In this document: positions 28,814 through 36,501 of the stretch, piece by piece
Layout of the letters: each line of letters opens with the position of its first letter
Position numbering within the stretch: position 1 is the stretch's first letter
Virus record (IMG/VR): IMGVR_UViG_3300033412_000015
Span: 1 to 59,682 of that record
Direction: 5' to 3' (one strand)
DNA from: a virus
Taxonomy: Duplodnaviria; Caudoviricetes
Length of the DNA stretch: 59,682 bases
The notes under the pieces: generated by a model
Databases searched by the model: none
Told to the model about the DNA's origin: nothing
What the model saw: the letters and a program-made list of their open reading frames with translations, nothing else
Translations under genes and position numbers: made by a program

Positions 28814-29125
28814 CTAGCCAATCTCCTGAACAATGCAAGCATTGCCTGCACCTGCCGCAATGAGGTAAACACTTACAGCTTCACCAAAAGGAACATTCAA
28901 GGTTTCGCCTGGTGCCAGGGGTATTCCTGTACTGGTTGTTACGCCAGTTGGACCAAAATATAGAGTATTACTGGATTTATTATAAATGAGCAGTTCCTGT
29001 CTCTTCGATAGATTACTGCTACCATTTGCAGATGCAAGCTGCTGACTGGTGCCGACGGTCAAGGAACCTGACGTGTAATTGACGTTTTCGACGTCTGCAA
29101 AATCTGGGCTGTAAGAAAGTCCCAT
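28814..29125 (-). CDS. Small jelly-roll-type virion protein
   Basis: RQELLIYN...LYFG...GIPLAPGE; paralogous to the C-termini of 29460 and 31369; ATG overlaps the upstream stop. Confidence 0.6.
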   Translation of the reverse strand: MGLSYSPDFADVENVNYTSGSLTVGTSQQLASANGSSNLSKRQELLIYNKSSNTLYFGPTGVTTSTGIPLAPGETLNVPFGEAVSVYLIAAGAGNACIVQEIG

Positions 29126-29370
29126 TATCTCTTGCTCTTCTTTTTGCTGGCCACGGGAAGTGAACCAACAGACTTGACTTTCATGGTAGAAGCGGAAGAA
29201 GAACCCTTCAGTTGCTCTGCCATGGAACCTGCTAACGCATGTACCCACCGGACGGTCTCTGAATGCGCCGCGATGTCAGGGCCAGAGAGTTCCCAGCGAC
29301 CTGCCTTTAGAAGGTTAATTAATTGAGCACATTTCTTGCCGTCTTCGACGCTTACTTCACTGAGCTTCAT
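29125..29370 (-). CDS. Hypothetical protein
   Basis: 81 aa, fills the operon. Confidence 0.6.
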   Translation of the reverse strand: MKLSEVSVEDGKKCAQLINLLKAGRWELSGPDIAAHSETVRWVHALAGSMAEQLKGSSSASTMKVKSVGSLPVASKKKSKR

Positions 29371-29407
29371 ATTTCATCCCCATTCTTGAAAAAGGTTGCC
29401 CATAGAT

Positions 29408-29449
29408 TAAAATACCCCAAGGCCATTATTCGGTCAAGGGGTATCTTTA
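29408..29449 (-). terminator. Putative intrinsic terminator
   Basis: ATACCCC..GGGGTAT stem followed by T-rich bases just after the stop at 29460. Confidence 0.5.
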
Positions 29450-29459
29450 GTTTCTTGTG

Positions 29460-30515
29460 TTACGCCATTTCGAGAACGTTAAGAGTCAGTGAACCCGCGC
29501 CACTCTTAACAGCATATACGTCAACAGCTGGGCCTACTTCTAGTTCCATGAAGGAAGCTTTTGGAAGTTCAATACCAGTAGTTGCACCTGAAGAGGTTAC
29601 AGTAGCAGAACCAATCCAAATAGAAGCTGCGCTGCTATTCTGTAACATTAGAGATTTACGATTTGCAAGAGCAGAGGCTGGAACGGCTGCTGCAGTACTG
29701 GTTACGCTAACCTGCTGTTGGAGGATACTGCCGTTAGCAATATCGACAACTTTCAGTGAACCTTCTGACCATTGGAGTAAAGAAGCGTAATCACCGTCTG
29801 CACTAACGTTTGAGCCTTGTGCATCCTTACGAACCGCAAGTGCCTGTATGCCTTGGTCGCCAGATACGTGTGCAGAATCTTCTGCCTTAGATAGTGCAGT
29901 AACGAGGCTATCAATATCAGATACGCTAGCTGCGATAGCAGTAGTATCACTGTGGATGCCTTGAACTTCCGTATAAATGTTCGAGGTCGTGGTATCGATA
30001 TTGGCTACGCTGGTTGCAATTGCCGCCGTGTCACCTTTAATGAGGACAAGCTCAGCAAGTACATCCGTATCTTTAACGTAGAGTTCGCCGAGTGCGTCTA
30101 CCTTAACGAATGAATAGTCGCCATCTGCTGACGTGTCGGTCGCGAGGGTGTCCTGACGAACAGCTGCAATACCAATGAGAGAATCACCGTCTGCTGATGC
30201 GCTATCTTCCGCATGTTCTGCAGTGAAGCTAACGTTAGCATTGACAAGTAGTTCACCTGCCGCGTTGATATTTAATGCTTCGTAGTTGCCGCTCTCGTCG
30301 ATAGCGAGCATGAAAGAACCGTAGTCTCCTGCGGTAAATGCACTGCCTTCGGCGTGTGAACTGGCGTCCAATGCGTCGATTGATTGCTTTGCACCTATTA
30401 GGGTACTTGTAATCAGCGCGCCTGCACTGTCTACAAGATAGGATGCAATGCTGTCGCCATCAGCTAGTGATGACGCGTTAATTGCAATTTGATACTTACC
30501 TAGAATGCTTGACAT
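29460..30515 (-). CDS. Putative head fibre/spike protein
   Basis: Three AE[DG]SA..GD repeats, heptad stalk, C-terminal jelly-roll domain; AGGAG RBS. Confidence 0.6.
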   Translation of the reverse strand: MSSILGKYQIAINASSLADGDSIASYLVDSAGALITSTLIGAKQSIDALDASSHAEGSAFTAGDYGSFMLAIDESGNYEALNINAAGELLVNANVSFTAEHAEDSASADGDSLIGIAAVRQDTLATDTSADGDYSFVKVDALGELYVKDTDVLAELVLIKGDTAAIATSVANIDTTTSNIYTEVQGIHSDTTAIAASVSDIDSLVTALSKAEDSAHVSGDQGIQALAVRKDAQGSNVSADGDYASLLQWSEGSLKVVDIANGSILQQQVSVTSTAAAVPASALANRKSLMLQNSSAASIWIGSATVTSSGATTGIELPKASFMELEVGPAVDVYAVKSGAGSLTLNVLEMA

Positions 30516-30534
30516 TAATGTCTCCTAAGAGTAG

Positions 30535-30861
30535 TTATACCCAGGAAACTATCTCAGCCGTCTGAGCAGCTTCTGGGGATTGGAAGTATAGAACAATGCC
30601 GCCTAATGTAAGGTCGGACTCACCGTAGAAACATCCACGGTTAACTGTAACGAATGCGAGGCCAGAATCTCCTGCCACGTAGGCGACCTGGAGAGCTGCA
30701 CCGGAACGACTCTTTATCAGGAACTGCCGCGTATTCGTTGGCAATGCGTACGAGTATTCCGTTGCTGCACTGGCCATCGGAACGTTTGCAATCGTTGGAT
30801 TGGCCGCGCCTGTAAAACTGGCCGTTATTTGGGAGCTGCCGACTGGTGCAAATACTGCCAT
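30535..30861 (-). CDS. Small jelly-roll-type virion protein
   Basis: EYSYALPTNTRQFLIKSR...LYFQSP; beta-rich. Confidence 0.55.
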   Translation of the reverse strand: MAVFAPVGSSQITASFTGAANPTIANVPMASAATEYSYALPTNTRQFLIKSRSGAALQVAYVAGDSGLAFVTVNRGCFYGESDLTLGGIVLYFQSPEAAQTAEIVSWV

Positions 30862-30862
30862 A

Positions 30863-31372
30863 CTAGCCACCTGCCCAGTTCTTATAAACAGTTACAATCC
30901 ACTGCTTGAATTCTTCAGTCGATTGAACATGCTTAGCCAAATTACAAGTCTTACAACATGGAACTATATTTTCAGTTATATAGCCTTTTTGACTATCAAC
31001 TCTATCAATTCCATGTCCAGCTTCTGGTAATTTTCCTCTGCAGTAAAAACAAGAACCAGAAACTACTTTCTCATATTGACCTAACGATAAGACAACTTCA
31101 ATCTGCCTTCGTTTTGCCATTGACTTTAAAGTCCGAAATCGTCCTTTTAAAGTTCTATGAAACTTATTTGTTTCTTCTTTAAACTTCTTCGGATTTTTAG
31201 CTCGACGCTCCGCTTGAAGTTTATTCTTTTTTTCTTGATACACAAAGCTATATGCTTTTGCCGTATCTTTTCGGTATCTTCGACATTCTAAATAGTTTCG
31301 TCGTTGATACCAAAACTCAGGAGTGAGTAAGTGTTCTGTCGCACAATGTAAGCAAGTTTTAATTCCCATCAT
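30863..31372 (-). CDS. HNH-type endonuclease (paralogue of 26059)
   Basis: CFYC...GIDRVDSQKGYITENIVPCCKTCN. Confidence 0.85.
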   Translation of the reverse strand: MMGIKTCLHCATEHLLTPEFWYQRRNYLECRRYRKDTAKAYSFVYQEKKNKLQAERRAKNPKKFKEETNKFHRTLKGRFRTLKSMAKRRQIEVVLSLGQYEKVVSGSCFYCRGKLPEAGHGIDRVDSQKGYITENIVPCCKTCNLAKHVQSTEEFKQWIVTVYKNWAGG

Positions 31373-32022
31373 CCACCTGCTTCGGCCAGTCTTACGTCAA
31401 TCGTGCCGCTGGATGCAACGCCCCAAATCTCTTGCCCTGCAACTAGGTCGAAAGCTAGAGACTCGCCGGGCCCTATAGGGTAGCCAGCTGCGCTGGTTGC
31501 CTTGCCAGAAGTTTCCGCCACGTACAGGATGCCCGTACTATTGAAGTTCTTTATTACGAGCCCGTTACGGTCGGAGAGGCCGCTGGGTACAACTTGCGAA
31601 GCAACTGTCGTGATGCTAGCTGTACTGACTGACCAGTCAGCTGAGCCCAGTATCTTAACGCTGGTTTCGCCAGCCGTAAGACCTTTGGCCCTAATGTCGA
31701 CGGTTGCCGCGCCGGTCGTGACGCATACTACCTTGATAACGCTCATGGCAACTGCTGCCTTGCGCATCAAGAGTTCTGCTGTTGGACCAGTGACAGTGGG
31801 AAAGCTAATGATTGCAGTCTCATGGCCGTCTTCGGTCTGTGTGTAAACCGTAAGGTCCATAGTGCCCGAAGCCAGTGCATCCACGTAGAGGGCAATCAAA
31901 ACGCTATCGCAGTCAAGCGTAAAGTTTACCGTCCTGGTTTCGCCAGCCGCCAATGCACCGTGAATGATGGTGGTGGTCTTACCAGCGGGTAAAGGAGCAG
32001 TAATTACTTTAAAGTCGTTCAT
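31369..32022 (-). CDS. Two-domain beta-sandwich virion protein
   Basis: RNGLVIKN...LYV...GYPIGPGES C-terminal domain. Confidence 0.6.
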   Translation of the reverse strand: MNDFKVITAPLPAGKTTTIIHGALAAGETRTVNFTLDCDSVLIALYVDALASGTMDLTVYTQTEDGHETAIISFPTVTGPTAELLMRKAAVAMSVIKVVCVTTGAATVDIRAKGLTAGETSVKILGSADWSVSTASITTVASQVVPSGLSDRNGLVIKNFNSTGILYVAETSGKATSAAGYPIGPGESLAFDLVAGQEIWGVASSGTIDVRLAEAGG

Positions 32023-32027
32023 TGATG

Positions 32028-32056
32028 ATTATACCCCATCTCTAATCAAATGTCAA
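32028..32056 (-). promoter_or_regulatory. Consensus sigma-70 promoter (probably leaderless mRNA)
   Basis: TTGACA-N17-TATAAT, 5 nt before ATG 32022, no SD. Confidence 0.8.
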
Positions 32057-32586
32057 TCTTTTTCGGGCTCTATATCAATTGTCTGGTCTTTACTGGCGGA
32101 CAATTTGAAGTTTACCCCATTCCTCTGAAGGAGGAGTTCCAGTTGAGCCTTATCCATCTTACTGACGGTACTACTTATCATTGCTGCCGGAGAACTACTT
32201 GATTTCCCTGGCATCTTTCCCGCAAGTTCGCTGATTGCCTTCACCATGTTCACACGTGCCGACTGCGCCTTGGGGTCTTCATTCTGGAGAATCTTCTCGG
32301 CGGCATCCAGTGCCAACCCAAACAAGTATTCCAGGCGTTCCCTATATTCGTCCGTATTTGAGAACCATTCCCTAAAGCCTGGCTTGGGCCAGCTTGTATT
32401 TAGAGCTTCCGTATTCAAGAGTTGCCGTACGTCCTCGAGAACCAGTGCGTTCCGGTTGATGAGGGGGTTATCTGCTGCCTTGAGCCAGAATTGGGCCTTT
32501 AGACGCTTTTCCTTGTCCGTAGGCTGGTAGACTAGCTGGTCGGCCAGTTCACCAATAGGGGCGGTATTTTGGCTGCTTACGCGCAT
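32053..32586 (-). CDS. Putative terminase small subunit
   Basis: Helical; W..PGF.EW...ALDAAEKIL...ARVNMVKAISELAG pattern; near the start of the late arm; GAGG RBS before ATG 32586. Confidence 0.5.
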   Translation of the reverse strand: MRVSSQNTAPIGELADQLVYQPTDKEKRLKAQFWLKAADNPLINRNALVLEDVRQLLNTEALNTSWPKPGFREWFSNTDEYRERLEYLFGLALDAAEKILQNEDPKAQSARVNMVKAISELAGKMPGKSSSSPAAMISSTVSKMDKAQLELLLQRNGVNFKLSASKDQTIDIEPEKD

Positions 32587-32587
32587 T

Positions 32588-32857
32588 TTAGGATTCCCCT
32601 CGTTTAGGATGTTTGAGGAGCACGGTTGCCCGGCCCCGTTGCACAACTGCCCATTCCAGAAGTTTTGCTTCCTCGTACAACCAAGCAAGAGACTCCTTCA
32701 CACGGGTGACGCTAATCCGTAGCTCACGGGATAGTGGGCCTAGACGGAATTCCAGCACGCCAGTTGGGTCCCGGTCAATCCAGGAGAAATTCCCATGTTC
32801 CAGGGTAGCTAGTACCTTGTAGGGGATTAATCGTCGTTTGAGAGGACGTTTTGCCAT
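32588..32857 (-). CDS. Small basic protein, possible winged-HTH
   Basis: LGPLSRELRISVTRVKESLAWL helix-turn-helix-like pattern; first late-arm gene. Confidence 0.5.
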   Translation of the reverse strand: MAKRPLKRRLIPYKVLATLEHGNFSWIDRDPTGVLEFRLGPLSRELRISVTRVKESLAWLYEEAKLLEWAVVQRGRATVLLKHPKRGES

Positions 32858-32903
32858 GCCTAGTATCTTATTGAAACTGTTAGATAAACACAGTAATGAA
32901 ACT

Positions 32904-32932
32904 AGTATATCTAAAGATTGCAAGATTGTCAA
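32904..32932 (-). promoter_or_regulatory. Sigma-70 promoter heading the late arm
   Basis: TTGACA-N17-TATACT. Confidence 0.75.
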
Positions 32933-32965
32933 TTGAAATTGTTATCAAGGGGTTAAAAAAAAAGC

Positions 32966-33047
32966 TTGACAGGTAAACGGCTTGTTGGTATAATCGGATT
33001 ATAACTCACCCCCCACCCTATATATGCCATCCGTCCCCCTGTGGGGC
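32966..33047 (+). promoter_or_regulatory. Consensus sigma-70 promoter plus conserved leader (cassette copy B)
   Basis: A-tract, then TTGACA-N17-TATAAT, then a motif matching the reverse complement of 6365-6415; no ORF follows for ~1 kb. Confidence 0.85.
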
Positions 33048-33489
33048 AGTAGTCTAACTATATAGCTTAGCTTAATAGTTAAGCAGTTATACTAAAGTTA
33101 ACCTAAGTTAGCTTATATGCATAACTTTACTACTGGATAGTATGCTTAACTGTATACTAACTACCTGTCGGCCCATCAATATAACCCTTCATTATCCCTA
33201 GCATTTCTACCCTAGAACCATACCTTATTGCAGGGACTGGCTGAGCGGCCAATTTCTGCAGAACGGCCACCCAACAGTTAAAATGCTAGCCACACAGTAC
33301 AAGATGGGCTATTGGCAATGATTTTCCATATTTACCCCAAACGTGTAGATGGCTAAATTTCGAACCCCGGTAACGTGAACCCACTTGCACCTGCTCTCGT
33401 GCGCGTCCCCTTGTGAGTCTCTCTGGTTCTGAACGGGGAAATCCACCGGCAATTCTCTATTAGCTCCTATAGTGCATAATAGGTATACC

Positions 33490-33581
33490 AGCTTGAACTA
33501 GCTGGAAAAAAGAGACATTCTGAGCCTCGCCGTCAATCCGACCCATACCTAGGCCTTACCCTAAATTAGCTGCAGTGAGCT
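33490..33581. repeat. Degenerate 92-bp direct repeat, copy 1
   Basis: Aligns without gaps to 33801-33892 (56/92 by hand count). Confidence 0.65.
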
Positions 33582-33800
33582 ATGCAAGCTAGTTTACCGT
33601 TTACAATATTGCTAATTGGACAACTCTAGCTTGTCCTCTTGTCTGTTAAATAAACCTGCGGAGATTAACCTATTTATTCTCCGCGTCAGTTAGGCTAACA
33701 GGTCAGTTCTTACCCATTAACTCATCCATTCTTACCTAATCGGCAAGTGCAAACCTAATGCATACTAGCTAGCGCCTGTAAGCTATGACGGCCAGTAATT

Positions 33801-33892
33801 AGCTTGTACAAGCTGGTTAAAACAGCGATTCTGGGGCGTTTTCAAAGGCTACCCCTTATCAAGGTAACCCCCTAAACTAGCTCGTTCGAGCT
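33801..33892. repeat. Degenerate 92-bp direct repeat, copy 2
   Basis: Shared blocks AGCTTG, AGCTGG, ATTCTG, CCTAAA.TAGCT and GAGCT at identical spacing. Confidence 0.65.
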
Positions 33893-33953
33893 GTTCTGGT
33901 GGCTTGAATAAGCTTGAATATAAACTTTCTTATTCAACATTTGTTGCCCGGCC

Positions 33954-33980
33954 TAAAGTTATTCCACCAGTTGCCGATAG
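33954..33980 (+). promoter_or_regulatory. Sigma-28 (FliA)-type promoter
   Basis: TAAAGTTA-N11-GCCGATAG before the first early gene. Confidence 0.85.
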
Positions 33981-34027
33981 AATTAAAAACGCGGCAATGG
34001 TGCTAGCGTAAGAAAAGGGGGTTTAAA

Positions 34028-34393
34028 ATGAACAGCAGATACGAAGCTAAAGCGAGTGTATTGTATCATTATAAAATAGCAATGCCGAAACTGCATCTGC
34101 CGCGGCAAATTTGGCTGAAGTATAGTAAGCACGCTCTTAAGGCGGCGAATGAGGACGGATACGGCGCTATCGTGTTGCCTGCAATGATTGATACGCAGGC
34201 AAGCCTGCTAGTTGAATATGAGAAAAGAGATGGGCGACCTTATAAACTACTTTTTCGTATGAATTATTCGCCTGAATGTGATTTATTGATAGCAATCGGC
34301 GAAGGTGGTATTGTTCTTACCGTTTGGTTGAACTGTAAGAGTGATAAGCACGTGACGCTTGATTCTTCAAGGTATCAGAAAAAAGTTGCGTAG
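34028..34393 (+). CDS. Early protein, possible BECR/DUF4258-like fold
   Basis: YSKHA...IVLTVWLN..D.H.TLD motif. Confidence 0.6.
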   Translation: MNSRYEAKASVLYHYKIAMPKLHLPRQIWLKYSKHALKAANEDGYGAIVLPAMIDTQASLLVEYEKRDGRPYKLLFRMNYSPECDLLIAIGEGGIVLTVWLNCKSDKHVTLDSSRYQKKVA

Positions 34394-34398
34394 GGGTC

Positions 34399-34425
34399 TA
34401 AAGTTTTCGGCCCAGTTGCCGATAC
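34399..34425 (+). promoter_or_regulatory. Sigma-28-type promoter
   Basis: TAAAGTTT-N11-GCCGATAC, intergenic. Confidence 0.85.
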
Positions 34426-34469
34426 CTTAAATGTGTTTAGTTCTTAACTTTTAACAGGGGGTTTTATTT

Positions 34470-35087
34470 ATGAAAACAATTATCGAAGCAATTAAATCAC
34501 AAGACGCTAAGGCGCTTACTACACTGTTTTTCAAGGGTTTTAAATATAAGATTAAATCGCAGTCATTCGTTGCCTCTAATAATCGTTTAGACCTTAATTT
34601 TATGGAAGCTTGCAGCTACGATTGGTGGTCCTATTTTAAAGAAATTGATGGCCTATACATTTTTAATAATCACCGGTATAGTCCGACTACGGGTAAGCAT
34701 CAAAGTAACATGCTGAACTTGCTTAATCGATTAGGCGTTTATCCTACCGTTTACATTAATACTCGCGAAAACATGCATAGTTTCACCTTAGTCGACGTGC
34801 TAAACACTTTAACAGCTCAACGCAAGGACCTGTTAACTCAATTGCATGCTTGTAAGCGGCCAGTTTCTAAGAAACGTGATTTTCTTTTAAGTCAAATCGA
34901 GGACGTTGAAGCTTACATCGATGAGGTTCAATTCAAATTAAATCACATGGTTGAGGTTGAACTTAACGGTGAAACGAATAAAATGACCGAGCGTGCTTAC
35001 GATGAGTGGACGCTACAATTGAGCACTGGCGATTTTCACGTTCATAAAGCTGTTTTCTTGTCTAAGAAATTAAAACAAATAGCATAA
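34470..35087 (+). CDS. Early hypothetical protein
   Basis: YSPTTGKHQ motif common in phage early proteins; coiled-coil tail. Confidence 0.7.
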   Translation: MKTIIEAIKSQDAKALTTLFFKGFKYKIKSQSFVASNNRLDLNFMEACSYDWWSYFKEIDGLYIFNNHRYSPTTGKHQSNMLNLLNRLGVYPTVYINTRENMHSFTLVDVLNTLTAQRKDLLTQLHACKRPVSKKRDFLLSQIEDVEAYIDEVQFKLNHMVEVELNGETNKMTERAYDEWTLQLSTGDFHVHKAVFLSKKLKQIA

Positions 35088-35099
35088 AGGGGGTTTAGT

Positions 35100-35333
35100 A
35101 TGAAGTCTTTAGGAAAAATTAAGCTAGTTCAACGTCTAAATGAAGAAGACTACGCAGTTGCAACAGAAAAACAAGGGATTGTTTATATTTCCAGCGAACC
35201 TATTCTTGCAAATTTATTCCGGTACCGCTTAGGTGTTTATGAGCCATGTGAGCAAATGCATCCTAATAGTCGAGCTGCTCTTAAGCGATATATTTTACGC
35301 GAAGGACTAACTAGTTTGTATCATTTAACTTAA
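35100..35333 (+). CDS. Hypothetical protein
   Basis: 77 aa, AGGGGG RBS. Confidence 0.7.
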   Translation: MKSLGKIKLVQRLNEEDYAVATEKQGIVYISSEPILANLFRYRLGVYEPCEQMHPNSRAALKRYILREGLTSLYHLT

Positions 35334-35351
35334 ATAAAGGGGGTTTTATTT

Positions 35352-35762
35352 ATGAACTTATTAACATCAACAATCGTCCTAATGAGCGCCGAGCGGCCGG
35401 AATTCGATACCTTGGACAACTTACATCGAACTATAGAACTGGAAAATCTTTTACTAGACGGCGAATTTCTTTATAATTACGCAACCGGGGTGTGGAAGGG
35501 GGCAACGGAGCATTCGTTTATCATTGCCTTAAAGCCGGACGGCAAGCAAACCGACCAAGTAGAATTCCTAGCTGGCCTTGCAAAGCAATTCAATCAAGAA
35601 GCCATACTAGTAGTTAGCACCGATAGGACGGCGCAACTGATTTATCCGGCAACTGGTGTGACGGAAAATCTATCCGGCCTATTTCAATCAATCACGGCGG
35701 AGCGGGCTGGTTTGCTCGACGCTTACACCGAATTCAAAGGGGGTTTTTATGCAGTCATTTAA
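35352..35762 (+). CDS. Putative S-adenosylmethionine lyase (T3 SAMase-like)
   Basis: MSAER...GVWKGATEHSFII...LAKQFNQEAILVV matches the SAM lyase pattern; early location. Confidence 0.65.
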   Translation: MNLLTSTIVLMSAERPEFDTLDNLHRTIELENLLLDGEFLYNYATGVWKGATEHSFIIALKPDGKQTDQVEFLAGLAKQFNQEAILVVSTDRTAQLIYPATGVTENLSGLFQSITAERAGLLDAYTEFKGGFYAVI

Positions 35763-35997
35763 CAGTTGGCCTATCATACAACTTTCAAACGGCGCAATTG
35801 TTGAAATCGTTGACGTGGGTGGCCAACATGACGACGACATTGAGTTTGCAGCTATTTACACGGCGAACGGCCTTGAGGTTGAGGACGGCAAGCTAATTGA
35901 CGAGATTTACAGAAATTATTCAGACAAGTTGTATCAAGAATGGTATGAAAATCGAATTGAAGAAAGTGATTTCTATTATAATGGGGAGGATTTCTAA
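35749..35997 (+). CDS. Acidic hypothetical protein
   Basis: 82 aa, D/E/Y-rich, AGGGGG RBS. Confidence 0.65.
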   Translation: MQSFNSWPIIQLSNGAIVEIVDVGGQHDDDIEFAAIYTANGLEVEDGKLIDEIYRNYSDKLYQEWYENRIEESDFYYNGEDF

Positions 35998-36269
35998 TGT
36001 CTAATTTTACATTTAATAAGAAACGTGAGTTCAAACGCAATCGACAAGTTCAGGTGGCCGAAACGCCACCAGTTCTGCCCGAGCTGGTGTTTAAGGAAGA
36101 AGTAAAACTTGTGCATGGCTTCCTGTTTCCTGTTAAGGTTTATCGGCCGGGAGTGAGCAGCCCCCGTGTTTACAAGGAAGCTAGGCCTATGGGTGAGAGT
36201 TCGGACGACGATTCCATTGCCTCCCTGTTTGCGGAAATTGCTGAAATGGAGTTAAATTTCTTTGCTTAA
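35997..36269 (+). CDS. Hypothetical protein
   Basis: 90 aa, GGAGG RBS. Confidence 0.65.
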   Translation: MSNFTFNKKREFKRNRQVQVAETPPVLPELVFKEEVKLVHGFLFPVKVYRPGVSSPRVYKEARPMGESSDDDSIASLFAEIAEMELNFFA

Positions 36270-36284
36270 ACTCGCAAAAAGCGT

Positions 36285-36311
36285 TTTAGTTTTTCCGAAT
36301 TCTGCCGATAA
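36285..36311 (+). promoter_or_regulatory. Sigma-28-type promoter (degenerate -35)
   Basis: TTTAGTTT-N11-GCCGATAA, intergenic; spacer nearly identical to that at 53388. Confidence 0.7.
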
Positions 36312-36333
36312 GTAAAAGGTAAGGAGATTTCAT

Positions 36334-36501
36334 ATGAGTTCATTAAATAGAAATTGTTCAGACCGGCAACTTTTAGTTTACCTCAAGACTTTTCGTTTCT
36401 TAATAGGCGCTGGAAGGTCAGAGAGTAAAGCATTAGCTGACATTGTGAGGTCGTTTTGCCTAACGGAAACAGACCGCGAGAAACTTATGGAGTTAATATG
36501 A
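36334..36501 (+). CDS. Hypothetical protein (55 aa)
   Basis: Not in the ORF track; TAAGGAG RBS, ATGA overlap with the next gene. Confidence 0.7.
   Translation: MSSLNRNCSDRQLLVYLKTFRFLIGAGRSESKALADIVRSFCLTETDREKLMELI

Noticed and set aside
47-32822. Plus-strand ORFs over the structural arm (and minus-strand ORFs over the early arm)
   Set aside because: Antisense shadows of well-supported genes, with no RBS or motifs
33350-33450. tRNA-like GGTTCGAA on the minus strand
   Set aside because: No T-stem pairing or cloverleaf can be built
32933-34027. CRISPR array or hidden gene in the non-coding region
   Set aside because: Repeats are degenerate and not regularly spaced; the ORF track shows no ORF of 60 aa or more here
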